Shown here: in pieces, positions 52,900 through 63,125 of the stretch
How positions within the stretch are numbered: the stretch's first letter is position 1
How the letters are laid out: each line of letters starts with the position of its first letter
IMG/VR virus record: IMGVR_UViG_3300021255_003058
Coordinates: 32,001-96,000 of that record
Length of the DNA stretch: 64,000 bases
Source of the DNA: a virus
Lineage: Duplodnaviria; Caudoviricetes
Direction: 5' to 3' (one strand)
The notes under the pieces: model-generated
What the model was told of the DNA's origin: nothing
What the model saw: the letters and a program-made list of their open reading frames with translations, nothing else
The model's database searches: none
Translations under genes and position numbers: made by a program

Positions 52900-53529
52900 A
52901 GTCTTATCTTTTTTGACATTTTTTTATTTGAGGTCTTTTGTTTATCATTTTCAGTGGAGTTGTATTCTTTTCAAGAATCTCAACAATTGAGCCATACTCA
53001 TCAATAGAGACAATAGCACATTGAATACAATCTGAGAAATACTTATGTGCTACTTCTTTCGTATCAATAGGTATTGTAATAGGCTTGTCCAATTCGCCAT
53101 TTGATGTTAGAGAGTAAATTTGATAACGCAGATTACTAGTCTTATTAATTGTTACCATAATTATTCCATTTTATTACCAACAAATGCTTTCTTGATATGG
53201 ATGTGGAAAAAACAGTGAATTATCAAATTCAAATGGATAATAACCACCACAAGCGCTTCTACTCATTTGCTCTTTTTTATAGTCTATAAGATATATAATC
53301 ATTCCATAAATAGGAATATCATCTCCATCTACAAATATACGAATTTTATCTGCTCTTAATGTATTCCTATCATAAAGTTCATCAAAGGTATCTTTATGTG
53401 AAGTTTCGGCTTCTTGCAGAATCATTTTAACATCACGCTTAATTGCAAATTGACAATCATAATGATTACCTAAATATTCAAATCCATTGTTTTTTATTGG
53501 ATATTCTTCTTTCTTAATTGTTGCCATAG

Positions 53530-53769
53530 TTATTCTTTCTTTAATTGTTCAACCAACTTTTCCAATTCCTTTTGTCTGCGTTCTTTGCAGAATCGGCAGT
53601 TGCCTTTGTGAGCAAGTCCATAAGTCCAAGAAATGTATTCACAAGAATCAATTAAACATGACTTAGGAGTATCAAAGCCATCATCAAGTTTAATATGCCC
53701 GTTAGCATCAGTGTTTTTACACCCCACCATCATAAAGGTGATAAGTGTTAATAGAATAATCTTTTTCAT
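53530..53769 (-). CDS. Small lipoprotein with Cys/His motif
   Basis: MKKIILL...MVGC lipobox; IDSCEY, AHKGNCRFC. Confidence 0.65.
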   Translation of the reverse strand: MKKIILLTLITFMMVGCKNTDANGHIKLDDGFDTPKSCLIDSCEYISWTYGLAHKGNCRFCKERRQKELEKLVEQLKKE

Positions 53770-53771
53770 AA

Positions 53772-54167
53772 TTACAACAGCTTTAAATTATGTAAACGTA
53801 TAATCATTTCATAACAAGCATCAATAGGATCGTCATAAGATATTTCACATACATTACCATGCCCATATTCCACAAACTGTAATATCCACTTACCTTCACT
53901 TGGAAATAAAATTGGAGTATATACCTGGGGCTTTATTTCACTTAGGTATTTAAGCAATGCAGCAAAACTCCAACATGGAATGACATCAACTTCTTTGTTA
54001 ACTAAAAGACCTTTATACTCTTCTTTCCATTCAAAATATGGGCGAAGAACTACATCATAAGGATCTTCTTCTATACACTTAAAACACATATCTGCACTTT
54101 CAATTGGTAGAAACTCAAAAAGAATCTTTGCCTGTTTTAAGTCTGTAAATGATTTAATTGTTATCAT
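53772..54167 (-). CDS. Paralog family 'PCWSLAALL' copy 3
   Basis: EFLPIESADM, PCWSFAALL, DACYEMI. Confidence 0.7.
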   Translation of the reverse strand: MITIKSFTDLKQAKILFEFLPIESADMCFKCIEEDPYDVVLRPYFEWKEEYKGLLVNKEVDVIPCWSFAALLKYLSEIKPQVYTPILFPSEGKWILQFVEYGHGNVCEISYDDPIDACYEMIIRLHNLKLL

Positions 54168-54508
54168 AGTTATTTATATTTTTTATCTAAACAATATTTA
54201 CCTTCAGACCTATCTAGACACTTATGCCAAAGTGTACAAAATTCTGAACAAATATGTTCCATAGAACTACTTGAACAAAGTATTCTGCTATCTTTAATTT
54301 CTACAACAGTTACACAAGGTTTTATATATTTCTTAATTATTGTCATAATTATTTATTATTTAATGCGTTTTCATAACCTATTCTATAACAATCCATATAT
54401 TTTTCTAATGTTTTGCAATTATTGAGTCTATTTATGCCTTTACATTTACATCCCTCACATATATGGTTACATATTAGATTTTCAACTTCTTTCTGCATCA
54501 TAGTTAAT

Positions 54509-54880
54509 TTAAATTAAGTTTTTAAGTGAATATTTTATCGCTGCTTCACAAGCTCGTTCATAAGATTCATATACCCATCCTTGATGATAAGTTTCATTAG
54601 TTTTTGCAACAGTTATCTCAATATCCCAAAGAAACTTTTCATTATCAAGTACACTACTAATGATTGGTACAATAGCAATACCTTTTTCTTTCATTAACCA
54701 ACGCATTGTCATTTGGAGCGTTGGAGCGGAATATGTATTTGTTTGTAATGAATTTCTGCCACTTAAAGATGGGCTGAACATTAAATCGTTATTTTTATAA
54801 TAATGATGACATGGTTCGTCAAATCCTTTTTCTTTTAACAGTTTTGCTGTTTCAAAACTAACATATGCTTCTTCAATCAT
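54509..54880 (-). CDS. Conserved hypothetical phage protein
   Basis: EEAYVSFETAKLLKEKGF...APT...WL. Confidence 0.65.
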   Translation of the reverse strand: MIEEAYVSFETAKLLKEKGFDEPCHHYYKNNDLMFSPSLSGRNSLQTNTYSAPTLQMTMRWLMKEKGIAIVPIISSVLDNEKFLWDIEITVAKTNETYHQGWVYESYERACEAAIKYSLKNLI

Positions 54881-55004
54881 GCCTTTTATATAAGAATTAT
54901 TTTTTCAGTTACTTTAATTACTAAATTCATAAATATCAAACCCTAATAGTTAAAATAATTAGTATTGAGTCAATCATATATTTGACAATGCGTATAATTA
55001 CTAA

Positions 55005-55628
55005 TTAAAGCTCATTACGACACATTCCTAAACTCATCATCTGATTATTGATAATTTGATCAACTTCTTTCCAAGATACTGGAGTAAAGTCATTATTATC
55101 AACACCCACATCATATTGAGAAGTAAATAGATATTTCATACGGGCTTTATCAAGACCTTCATCAGTGTAGGGAGATGTATGCACATGGCCAAATAATTGA
55201 TATGATGCATCTACTCCACGCCATGCGCCAGAAAATGCAAGCATTGGATAATGGTTAAGAATGACGTGACGCTTACCAATCTTCATATTAATTTGCTGCG
55301 TCATCAATTCAAAACGCCACTTATGCTGATTTATAATTCTCCTCCAATCATGATTTCCGATAACAAGATAAATTGTTCCATGAAGTTGCTCAAGAATCTG
55401 GTCAACTCTATCAGGATCACCAAATGCTACATCTCCAAGATGAAATACAATACCATCTTCTGGAACTTTCTCATTCCAACGACGAATCAATTCAGAATCA
55501 TTCTCTTCTACATCTTTGAAGGGCCGCTTACAATATTTAATAATATTCTCGTGAGAAAAGTGACTATCTGAAGTGAAATAAAATTTTTCTGCTTCTTTCT
55601 CTGTATAAATAAATTGCTTATTTTTCAT
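55005..55628 (-). CDS. Calcineurin-like phosphoesterase
   Basis: FTSDSHF.H, HLGDV, IGNHD, NHYP, FGHVH, DVGVD. Confidence 0.9.
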   Translation of the reverse strand: MKNKQFIYTEKEAEKFYFTSDSHFSHENIIKYCKRPFKDVEENDSELIRRWNEKVPEDGIVFHLGDVAFGDPDRVDQILEQLHGTIYLVIGNHDWRRIINQHKWRFELMTQQINMKIGKRHVILNHYPMLAFSGAWRGVDASYQLFGHVHTSPYTDEGLDKARMKYLFTSQYDVGVDNNDFTPVSWKEVDQIINNQMMSLGMCRNEL

Positions 55629-55933
55629 TATTCCATTAATTTATTATTTATATCTTGTGATTCTAAATATTGATGTAATTCAAATCCCGCATTTGCAAAT
55701 TTATCCATTAATTCAAGTAATTTGTCTGGACACCAACCAACAGCAACATCTTGTAGCCATTTCATTTTTGTGAAATCAATACCAAAACGTGAATATCTTT
55801 CAATTTCACCCCAATTAATATAATTATCTTCTTTTTGACATTGTACTAAATCTTTTTCTTTATATGTAGCTATTAGAAAAAGACATATAATTTCAAATTT
55901 TGTAAGTTTAGTTTGATCTATAAATTCTTTCAT
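55628..55933 (-). CDS. Hypothetical protein
   Basis: Coupled to the phosphoesterase (TAATG). Confidence 0.6.
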   Translation of the reverse strand: MKEFIDQTKLTKFEIICLFLIATYKEKDLVQCQKEDNYINWGEIERYSRFGIDFTKMKWLQDVAVGWCPDKLLELMDKFANAGFELHQYLESQDINNKLME

Positions 55934-55935
55934 AA

Positions 55936-56211
55936 TTAAAATGTGTTTTCATCAATATCAACTGGAGTACCAACGGAAACCATCTGAATCTTCTAGCTTA
56001 AATCATGACCAGTACGAGTGCAATATGACATTCGCTTGGTACAATTTGCAAGTGCTTTCTTAATTCCTTTGCCTTCCTTACCAGTGTAAAACTTTGCAAA
56101 CCAAATGTTTGAATTTGCTCTGATGAAAGTATCACCACCTGAATAGTAACCATAAAACTGTTTTGTTACCTTATCAGTTGCACAAAGTACGTAAGCAATG
56201 TTATTCTCCAT
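55936..56211 (-). pseudogene. Gene with an internal TAG (55993-55995)
   Basis: ...GHDLS*KIQMVSVGTPVDIDENTF*; read-through ends 2 nt before the next ATG. Confidence 0.5.
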
Positions 56212-56232
56212 ATTAATTATTTGTTTAATTTG

Positions 56233-56305
56233 ATTACAAATATAATGAATGTTTTATGTTACCATCCATACATAAATAATATAGAACATATCTTAAAAAA
56301 TTAAA
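56233..56305 (-). promoter_or_regulatory. Conserved promoter with type-A leader hairpin
   Basis: Near-identical to 7531-7603. Confidence 0.75.
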
Positions 56306-56310
56306 TAATA

Positions 56311-56634
56311 TTAAGATTTATTTTCTTCTTTTAATTTCTTAATATCTTCTTCATATTTTTTTAATAATGTTGTAAATCTTTCAGGTCTTGTTGGATTTAC
56401 AAGTTTAGGAGCAATTGAAAATTTTAATGTTGTAATATCCCATCCTCGTCTTTCAAATTCTTTTTTTACATCATCAGTAAAAACATTTGAAAATATCCAA
56501 CTCCCATCACAACTTCCTTGACACATCATTGATCATGATACAACTAAATCATAATTATGTTTGTCATCTTGATCATGACCCCAATAAACACGAAGTTTAT
56601 CTTTGTTTTTAATCTTTAGAATCTTTTGTCGCAT
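56311..56634 (-). pseudogene. Gene with an internal TGA (56533-56535)
   Basis: MRQKILKIKNKDKLRVYWG...DLVVS*SMMCQGSCDG...TTLKFSI. Confidence 0.55.
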
Positions 56635-59166
56635 TTGATTTTTGATATTTACGTTTATCTAATAATTCATTAATATCAAAACCATCAGGAAGATGATAAT
56701 CAATAATTCTTGTCATATCTATTAAATATTCAATAGATATTTTCATAGTTTCAGATATGTTTTCTGAATTATCGTAAAGATACTTTAATACTTTTTCGTT
56801 ATTTAAATTTTTAAGCATAGTAGCCATATTGTAAATGGGCTAACCATATTTCTTACTCTTTCTTCAATTCTTTCCACCATAATTCAATTTAAGTCTTACC
56901 AAGATATAGTTGTATCATCAGCAGGATCCCACTGGACTCCAGAGAAATGTGATATCTTAAATCCCTTTTCTTTAAGAAATTCTGAAGTTGCTTTCATTAA
57001 TGTTTTGTTTGAAACTGTTATTGAATGTTTACCTTCAAATCTAGCATTATTAATCAGATTATAAATCCAATTTAATTCATTTTTCATCTTTTCTGAATTA
57101 ATTTCATCAGAAATTTGTCGAGCCTCTTCAGCTGTAAAATACTTTTGTTCGTTTTCTATTTTCATATCAATATTTTATGTTTAAATGTTCATTATAAGCA
57201 TCCCAGTTTTTATCGTCAAGACAATTTTGAATAACTGCTTCATATGTTGTACCATCAATATCTAAACTGCCACCTTGCCACCATCCAGTTGTATTAAACG
57301 AAAACCAACCACCATTATTATCTCTGGCAAAATATATATCATGTTCATCATATTTTGGAATTGAACATCGTACTATGACATCAATTTTTGGGCTAAAGAT
57401 CCACTTTTTATGTTTTTTCTCTTTAGCCCATAACTTTATTAATTCACATTTTACATGATTATCGTCAGTAATCAATATATGACTTGCAGCATCAAGTGAA
57501 ATAATCTCTTCACATTTTGCAATATAATGGCGGTTGACGCCACATTTACCGTCATCCCAGAAATGATAATATTTTCCTACTTCAGGTATCATAGTGGTTT
57601 CTTTCTCTTTGGTAATTGTGATTCTTGTTCTTCCTCTTTTTCTTTTGCTAAATTAAAATCTTGCATATACCACACAAGAGATTCTACAAGGTCTGTATCA
57701 TCAAAAATATCAAACCAAGTATTCTTATTCCAATTAATCAATTGGTTTCTCTTATAAAAGTATTCATTGAAACTTTTCTGAAGATAATTGATGCACTTTG
57801 TACGAGTGAAGAATCTTGTAACAAATCCATCAAAGCAATCTTCAGCAGATAGCACTTCAAGTATTTGACGTGCCATTGTTCTTGCAATTTGCATTTTCTT
57901 ATCTTTATTCATATAAATAGATATTAATATATTTGTAATATAGAAAAGTGCCAGTAATATATAAATTACCGGCATTTCCATTAACATTATTTAAATTATT
58001 TCTCTTCAGGTTTATCTTTCAAATACTCTCTAATTTTTCCAATATACAAATCTAATGCTTTCTTGTTAAATTCGTGGCATTTCTGCATTGAATATAACAT
58101 ATTGCACCAAGATTTATATTTATCTTCCTCATCAGAATTGAATTGGACATAACTCAAAGCAGGACCATGATATGTGACATAATTATAATCTTCAGTATAT
58201 CTTATAATATATGTCCAAAGTTTGCCATCAACTGAGTATTGTAAATTACCATCTTTGTCTAATCGATGTTGAACTGGCCAGCATTTCTCATATTTATATT
58301 TGAAATTCTTATAATTTTTGAATATTTGTACTCCTAATATTCCAAGCATTATTCCAATTACTATAAAAAGTACAATTAAATATGCATTCATCTTATATTA
58401 ATTTTATTAATTAAAAAATATTAAATTATGTTCATAACTTTTGTTTGATTTAATATTTCTCCACAACCATAACAATGATAATAATCTTTGTCATATAAAA
58501 TACAAAATTGACCAGGAGCAGCAGTTACAGGTATATCTGAAACTATCTTAACATCATAATCTGACCCATAAAAATATATCTTACCAGTGTACTTCTCAGG
58601 AGAATGACGAACCTTAAATGTTACATTACAAATAAAATTAGGTAATTATATATTTGTTGTCACAAATTTAGTTTAGATAATTAATCTGGATATTCTGTGC
58701 AACCATGCAAATCATCGCAAACAGCACCAGCATCATACAGATAACAATAACCTCTGATTATTGGTTCTTTTACTCTTTCCGGTATACCTTTTGGAAAACA
58801 TTTGACAAACGTATCATAAAGTTCTTTGTCAGTAATGTTACTTAAAAATTCTTTATCTGTCATATCTTTATTTTTGTTTATTATATTTTAATCAAAATTC
58901 ACTGAATTACCAATACTACGAACAACTTCTTTGATTGTCGGAATAAAATTACCTTCATTATAAATTCGTTTTGCAATCTGCTTAACATATTCAACGTCGG
59001 TTGAAAGAGATGCATTATTGATATCGCGAGCATAATCTGTGCAATCCCAGCCAGCGCCGTAAACAACATCTCCAATGTTCAAACCAAATGAATTATCTTC
59101 ATTAATACATTCCAACGAAATCAAATATAAGTTCTTAAACATATTTATTATTTTTATTAAATACAA
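56609..59166 (-). other. Block of hypothetical genes (56609-56827, 56896-57165, 57167-57592, 57589-57912, 57996-58391, 58681-58863, 58888-59142)
   Basis: Co-oriented coupled ORFs. Confidence 0.62.
57943..57974 (-). terminator. Intrinsic terminator (implies the next gene starts at 57912)
   Basis: Minus strand TGCCGGTAAT-TTATAT-ATTACTGGCA-CTTTTC. Confidence 0.65.
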
Positions 59167-59170
59167 TTAT

Positions 59171-59198
59171 AATATAGTAAAATATAAATAATATTCAA
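59171..59198 (-). promoter_or_regulatory. Conserved early-type promoter
   Basis: TTGAAT-N15-CTATATT. Confidence 0.7.
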
Positions 59199-59327
59199 AA
59201 ATTATTAAATAAAATCAAAATATTTTAATGTATAAGATAATATATAAATAGTAATGTAATATTAGTATGCTTAAATATTAATAGATTATTTTTAATTATA
59301 TAAAATTTATACAATACTTTATATAAT

Positions 59328-60290
59328 ATGAAATACCTTAGAAATTTAAATAATCATAATGATTATATTGCATTTATTGAGAGTACAGATTTTGCTGAAA
59401 TACATGCAGAAAAAAATGCAGTGGTTAGTTATTGTAAAACGGAAGAACATGTTCATTATAATCCTTATATTCCACCATTACCACAATTTTTAGATATTCT
59501 TTATTCAGATACAAATGGCAACTTAAGTTTTACATCAGAAGTACTTCCTGCATCAGAAGGTAAGACTCCTATTGGGCTTTGTGTTGTATCAACTGGATTC
59601 TTTGGTACTAATGAGAAAGCGCGTTGGATGTCACTTAAATATATGTACTGTGAAACTCCTGAAGCGGGCTCATTAACATTTCAAAATATGATGTGGGGTA
59701 ATCATGGTACTGATATAAATACCATAGACAACATACAGACTGCATATAATGGAGGAGATATGTGGGGTTGTTTAACTGCTGATTGGATAACAAATACATC
59801 TAGTAAGATTCCATCATTGTTTGATGCTAATGGTAACTGGAACTTAACTGAACTTGGAGATGTCAATCGATTTACTGCAACAGATATAGATGGTAAGAAC
59901 AAGACCGAAAAGATACTTGCAACTGCAACAGCACAATCTGATTGGATGACAGCTACAGCAATTACGAATAATAGTGGTGCAGGTTATGCACCAGCTGCTT
60001 GTTGTTGCGCAAGATATCATACATTAGGTACACAGTCAGGAGATTGGTATCTTGGTGCAGCAGGTGAAATGAGTATGATAATTGTACAAAAACAACAAAT
60101 TAATGCTAAGTTAACAGAGATAGCTAATGTATATGCTAATGATTGTATTCGTACGTTTGGTAATAATTACTATCAGACTTCTACTGAATATAATACGACT
60201 GACATATACAGGGCCAATGCTCAGCGTGGTAGTCTCGACAACACAGGCAAGAATGGCAATATGGGTGTTATTGCTATGCTTAGATATTAA
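59328..60290 (+). CDS. C-type-lectin-fold (DUF1566-like) protein, possible adhesin or virion decoration protein
   Basis: PIGLCVV, DGK..T..I, APAA.CC, GDWYL...GE, Y.TSTEY, G.....K....V.AM. Confidence 0.65.
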   Translation: MKYLRNLNNHNDYIAFIESTDFAEIHAEKNAVVSYCKTEEHVHYNPYIPPLPQFLDILYSDTNGNLSFTSEVLPASEGKTPIGLCVVSTGFFGTNEKARWMSLKYMYCETPEAGSLTFQNMMWGNHGTDINTIDNIQTAYNGGDMWGCLTADWITNTSSKIPSLFDANGNWNLTELGDVNRFTATDIDGKNKTEKILATATAQSDWMTATAITNNSGAGYAPAACCCARYHTLGTQSGDWYLGAAGEMSMIIVQKQQINAKLTEIANVYANDCIRTFGNNYYQTSTEYNTTDIYRANAQRGSLDNTGKNGNMGVIAMLRY

Positions 60291-60325
60291 TAGATTAAAA
60301 ATACTTTATAAACTTTTAAACTTTA

Positions 60326-60360
60326 ATGTTCTACCTCTTGTTAATATAGAGGTAGAACAT
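60326..60360. terminator. Perfect 13-bp hairpin between convergent genes
   Basis: ATGTTCTACCTCT-TGTTAATAT-AGAGGTAGAACAT. Confidence 0.7.
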
Positions 60361-60385
60361 ATAGTATATAAAGATAAAGTTAATT

Positions 60386-61597
60386 TTATCCTATTTGATT
60401 TTTAACATATTCTAAATCAACTGTTAACTCTTTAATATTTTGAGATGGTGCATCAAACATTGCTTTTGTCATTATATTTTCCATTGTTCCTCTAAGACCA
60501 CGAGCACCAAGTTTGTTTTCTATTGTCTTATCAACAATATAATCTAAAGCTTCATCAGTAAAATTAAGTTCAACATTGTCCAATTCAAATATTCTCTTAT
60601 ATTGTTTTATTAAAGCATTCTTTGGTTCTTTTAATATTTTCAATAATGCTTCCTTGTCTAATTCATCTGTATATGTTATGATTGGAAGACGTCCAATAAT
60701 TTCTGGTATCAAGCCAAATGCTTTTAAGTCAAGTGGAGTCAGTTTTGACATAAATTCTTCATCTTTTGTATTTCCTTCAACTTGTCTTTTTTCTACTGCA
60801 TTAAATCCTACTGTATGCTGATTGCATCTTTGCGCTATTTTTTTCTCAATACCAACAAATGCTCCACCACATATAAATAATATGTTCTTTGTATCAATTT
60901 TTACTAATGGTGTATCTGGATGTTTTCGGCCACCTTTTGGTGGAATTGACACAATTGAGCCTTCAAGCAACTTTAAAAGACCTTGTTGTACACCTTCACC
61001 ACTTACGTCTCTTGTGATTGATGCGTTATCTCCTTTACGAGCAATCTTATCTATTTCATCAATAAATACAATTCCGCGTTCAGTCTTTTCAACATCATAG
61101 TCTGCAGCTTGATAAAGATTAACCAACACAGATTCTACATCTTCTCCAACATAGCCTGCCTGAGTCAATACTGTAGCATCTGCTATTGTACATGGAACAT
61201 TAAGAAGCTTTGCAACAGTCTTTGCAATTAATGTATTATGTGATAATATATCATTTGTATAATATCTATGATTCGAATTTTCACTTAATTCAAAATCATA
61301 CATATTTTCATAATCATCAAATATAACAATATCAACTACTTTTTCAACGCCATTAATTGTTTGTATAAAATTAGGTTTATCTTTAACAAATACTTCATTC
61401 ATGTTTTCATCAAATACAATGTGAGTATCTGCACATTCTAACGTTAAACCTGATTCTGTTTCAATTTTATATTTATTATATGGAATTGTTTCGTTCAATG
61501 AAACAATATCTACCCACCCAGTATCTGTTTCTATTTCAAAATTTTCAATATTCCAAGTATTAATAAATTTTCTATTTACTTGTTCTGATTTATTCAT
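60386..61597 (-). CDS. clpX: IntC-ClpX(C): C-intein fused to the C-terminal part of the ClpX ATPase
   Basis: ...[10 protein letters not shown]|[41 protein letters not shown] loop, LGARGL. Confidence 0.95.
   Translation of the reverse strand: MNKSEQVNRKFINTWNIENFEIETDTGWVDIVSLNETIPYNKYKIETESGLTLECADTHIVFDENMNEVFVKDKPNFIQTINGVEKVVDIVIFDDYENMYDFELSENSNHRYYTNDILSHNTLIAKTVAKLLNVPCTIADATVLTQAGYVGEDVESVLVNLYQAADYDVEKTERGIVFIDEIDKIARKGDNASITRDVSGEGVQQGLLKLLEGSIVSIPPKGGRKHPDTPLVKIDTKNILFICGGAFVGIEKKIAQRCNQHTVGFNAVEKRQVEGNTKDEEFMSKLTPLDLKAFGLIPEIIGRLPIITYTDELDKEALLKILKEPKNALIKQYKRIFELDNVELNFTDEALDYIVDKTIENKLGARGLRGTMENIMTKAMFDAPSQNIKELTVDLEYVKNQIG
61235..61597 (-). mobile_element. Split intein, C-fragment (121 aa)
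   Basis: Own ATG; block B-like ECADTH, block F YDFEL, block G SHN followed by Thr. Confidence 0.92.
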
Positions 61598-61613
61598 AAT
61601 TTAAATAAACATT

Positions 61614-62084
61614 TTAATCTTTGGTTGAACTGGTAATTAACATATTTTTTAAATTATTTATTGTATCATAATAGATTTCACCAGTTTTCTTATTACGGAC
61701 TTTTACTTTTGTATCACCAGATATGCATTTTCCTGTACCTGTTGGACCAACTATACATATATTAGATTTTTCAATTTCAACATCATTAACGATAGGAGTT
61801 GATATTCTCTTATAGTGATTATATACTGCAACAGCAACACGTTCTTTAACTCTATCTTGTCCAATAATATATTGGTCAAGGAACTCTTTTATTTCATGAG
61901 GCTTAGGAATTCCTGACATCAAATTCTTATTTACTTTCTCATTTTGCTCTTTTATTATATTATACGCATGATTTACACAATCTGAGCATATCCATCCAAA
62001 ATTTCCTTCCATTAATAATGGAACCATACTTTGTGGTCTTCCACAGCACATACAAATTTTTTCTTGGTTATTATTTTCTTCCAT
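61614..62084 (-). CDS. clpX: ClpX(N)-IntN: ClpX zinc-binding domain and Walker A fused to an N-intein (start reassigned to 62084)
   Basis: CMCC..CSDC zinc finger, P.EIKEFLDQYIIGQ, AVYNHYKR, EKSNI, GPTGTGK|CISGDT. Confidence 0.95.
   Translation of the reverse strand: MEENNNQEKICMCCGRPQSMVPLLMEGNFGWICSDCVNHAYNIIKEQNEKVNKNLMSGIPKPHEIKEFLDQYIIGQDRVKERVAVAVYNHYKRISTPIVNDVEIEKSNICIVGPTGTGKCISGDTKVKVRNKKTGEIYYDTINNLKNMLITSSTKD
61617..61727 (-). mobile_element. Split intein, N-fragment (37 aa)
   Basis: Block A CISGDTKVKV directly after the Walker A Lys, then a stop. Confidence 0.92.
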
Positions 62085-62138
62085 TGATTTATTATTTTTG
62101 AAATATAATATAATATAGTTTAAACACATTAAAATTTT

Positions 62139-62366
62139 ATGGAATACATTAAAGAATATTCGTTAGATAAATTATATCAAAAAATATTTGGAAAGAATGT
62201 TCATTTTATATCTGACTGTGAATTCTTTCCAAATTTTAATGTAGTCATAAAAATAAATGATATATCAATTAATCATAATGAGATATTAATTAAAGGGTAT
62301 ACAAAAAATAAAAAGAACTTGACTATTGGTAGTAATATGAAAAATTTACAGTTTGAAGTTCTTTAA
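62139..62366 (+). CDS. Hypothetical protein
   Basis: 75-aa ORF filling the gap. Confidence 0.55.
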   Translation: MEYIKEYSLDKLYQKIFGKNVHFISDCEFFPNFNVVIKINDISINHNEILIKGYTKNKKNLTIGSNMKNLQFEVL

Positions 62367-62836
62367 GATTTGTTTTTCCAAAAATCTATTACATTCATAA
62401 ATGATTTTTTGTTTTCTTCATTTAATGCACAATATTTTGCAACAACATTTGATATGATAGTCATAATCAAATTTGCATACCCATTTTCATCTTTTCCAAT
62501 GCAAGCATTATCCATAAGATTAATCAATCTAGAAATTCTTTCATTATTATCTGTTTTTTCTGTTGGATTTGAATAATAAATAATCTCCTTTGTTTTTGGA
62601 TCACATGCAATTGTTATAAAATCAATATTATCTTTTATGATATCATTATTATAAGTCAAATAAATTTCAGTCATAAAAGCTTTTAACTCATCTGACTCTG
62701 TATCTTTAGTAATTTCTTTACATTTATTAACTAATTCAGTATCTACTGGACGCATCAAATTAGTTACTGTATCAATAATCTTATGTGTTTCTTTGTCAAC
62801 ATATATTGGCCAAAGAGCTGTTTTACTGTTCTCCAT
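62363..62836 (-). CDS. Hypothetical protein
   Basis: 157-aa ORF. Confidence 0.65.
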   Translation of the reverse strand: MENSKTALWPIYVDKETHKIIDTVTNLMRPVDTELVNKCKEITKDTESDELKAFMTEIYLTYNNDIIKDNIDFITIACDPKTKEIIYYSNPTEKTDNNERISRLINLMDNACIGKDENGYANLIMTIISNVVAKYCALNEENKKSFMNVIDFWKNKS

Positions 62837-63125
62837 TTATCTTTTTATATATATAATCAATTATTTTTCCTAAAGTTATATTAGAATCAATTATAGTGTC
62901 ATCTATTTGAAAATTATGTCCTATATAAGAAGATATTTTATATTCAACATTTAATATAAATTCCATCATATCAAGAGAATCCATTTTAAATTCTTGATAA
63001 ATTAGCTGGTTCTCTCCATCAAAAGACTTATCAAGAATTAATTTATTGAAATCTTCATCAGTATAAAACTGATTTCTAATGCAATCATATACAATATTTT
63101 TAATATTATTACGACTTATATTCAT
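62823..63125 (-). CDS. Acyl carrier protein-like (start probably 63125; ORF call extends to 63218)
   Basis: MDSLDMMEFIL.VE...I.D.....TLG.IIDYI, the phosphopantetheine-site DSL motif. Confidence 0.7.
   Translation of the reverse strand: MNISRNNIKNIVYDCIRNQFYTDEDFNKLILDKSFDGENQLIYQEFKMDSLDMMEFILNVEYKISSYIGHNFQIDDTIIDSNITLGKIIDYIYKKINGEQ

Noticed and set aside
61598-61613. Sequencing frameshift or intron explaining the clpX break
   Set aside because: Both frames carry stops at the junction, the second ORF has its own ATG after an AT-rich leader, the break position matches known atypical split inteins, and 16 bp cannot hold a self-splicing intron; read-level confirmation is still advisable
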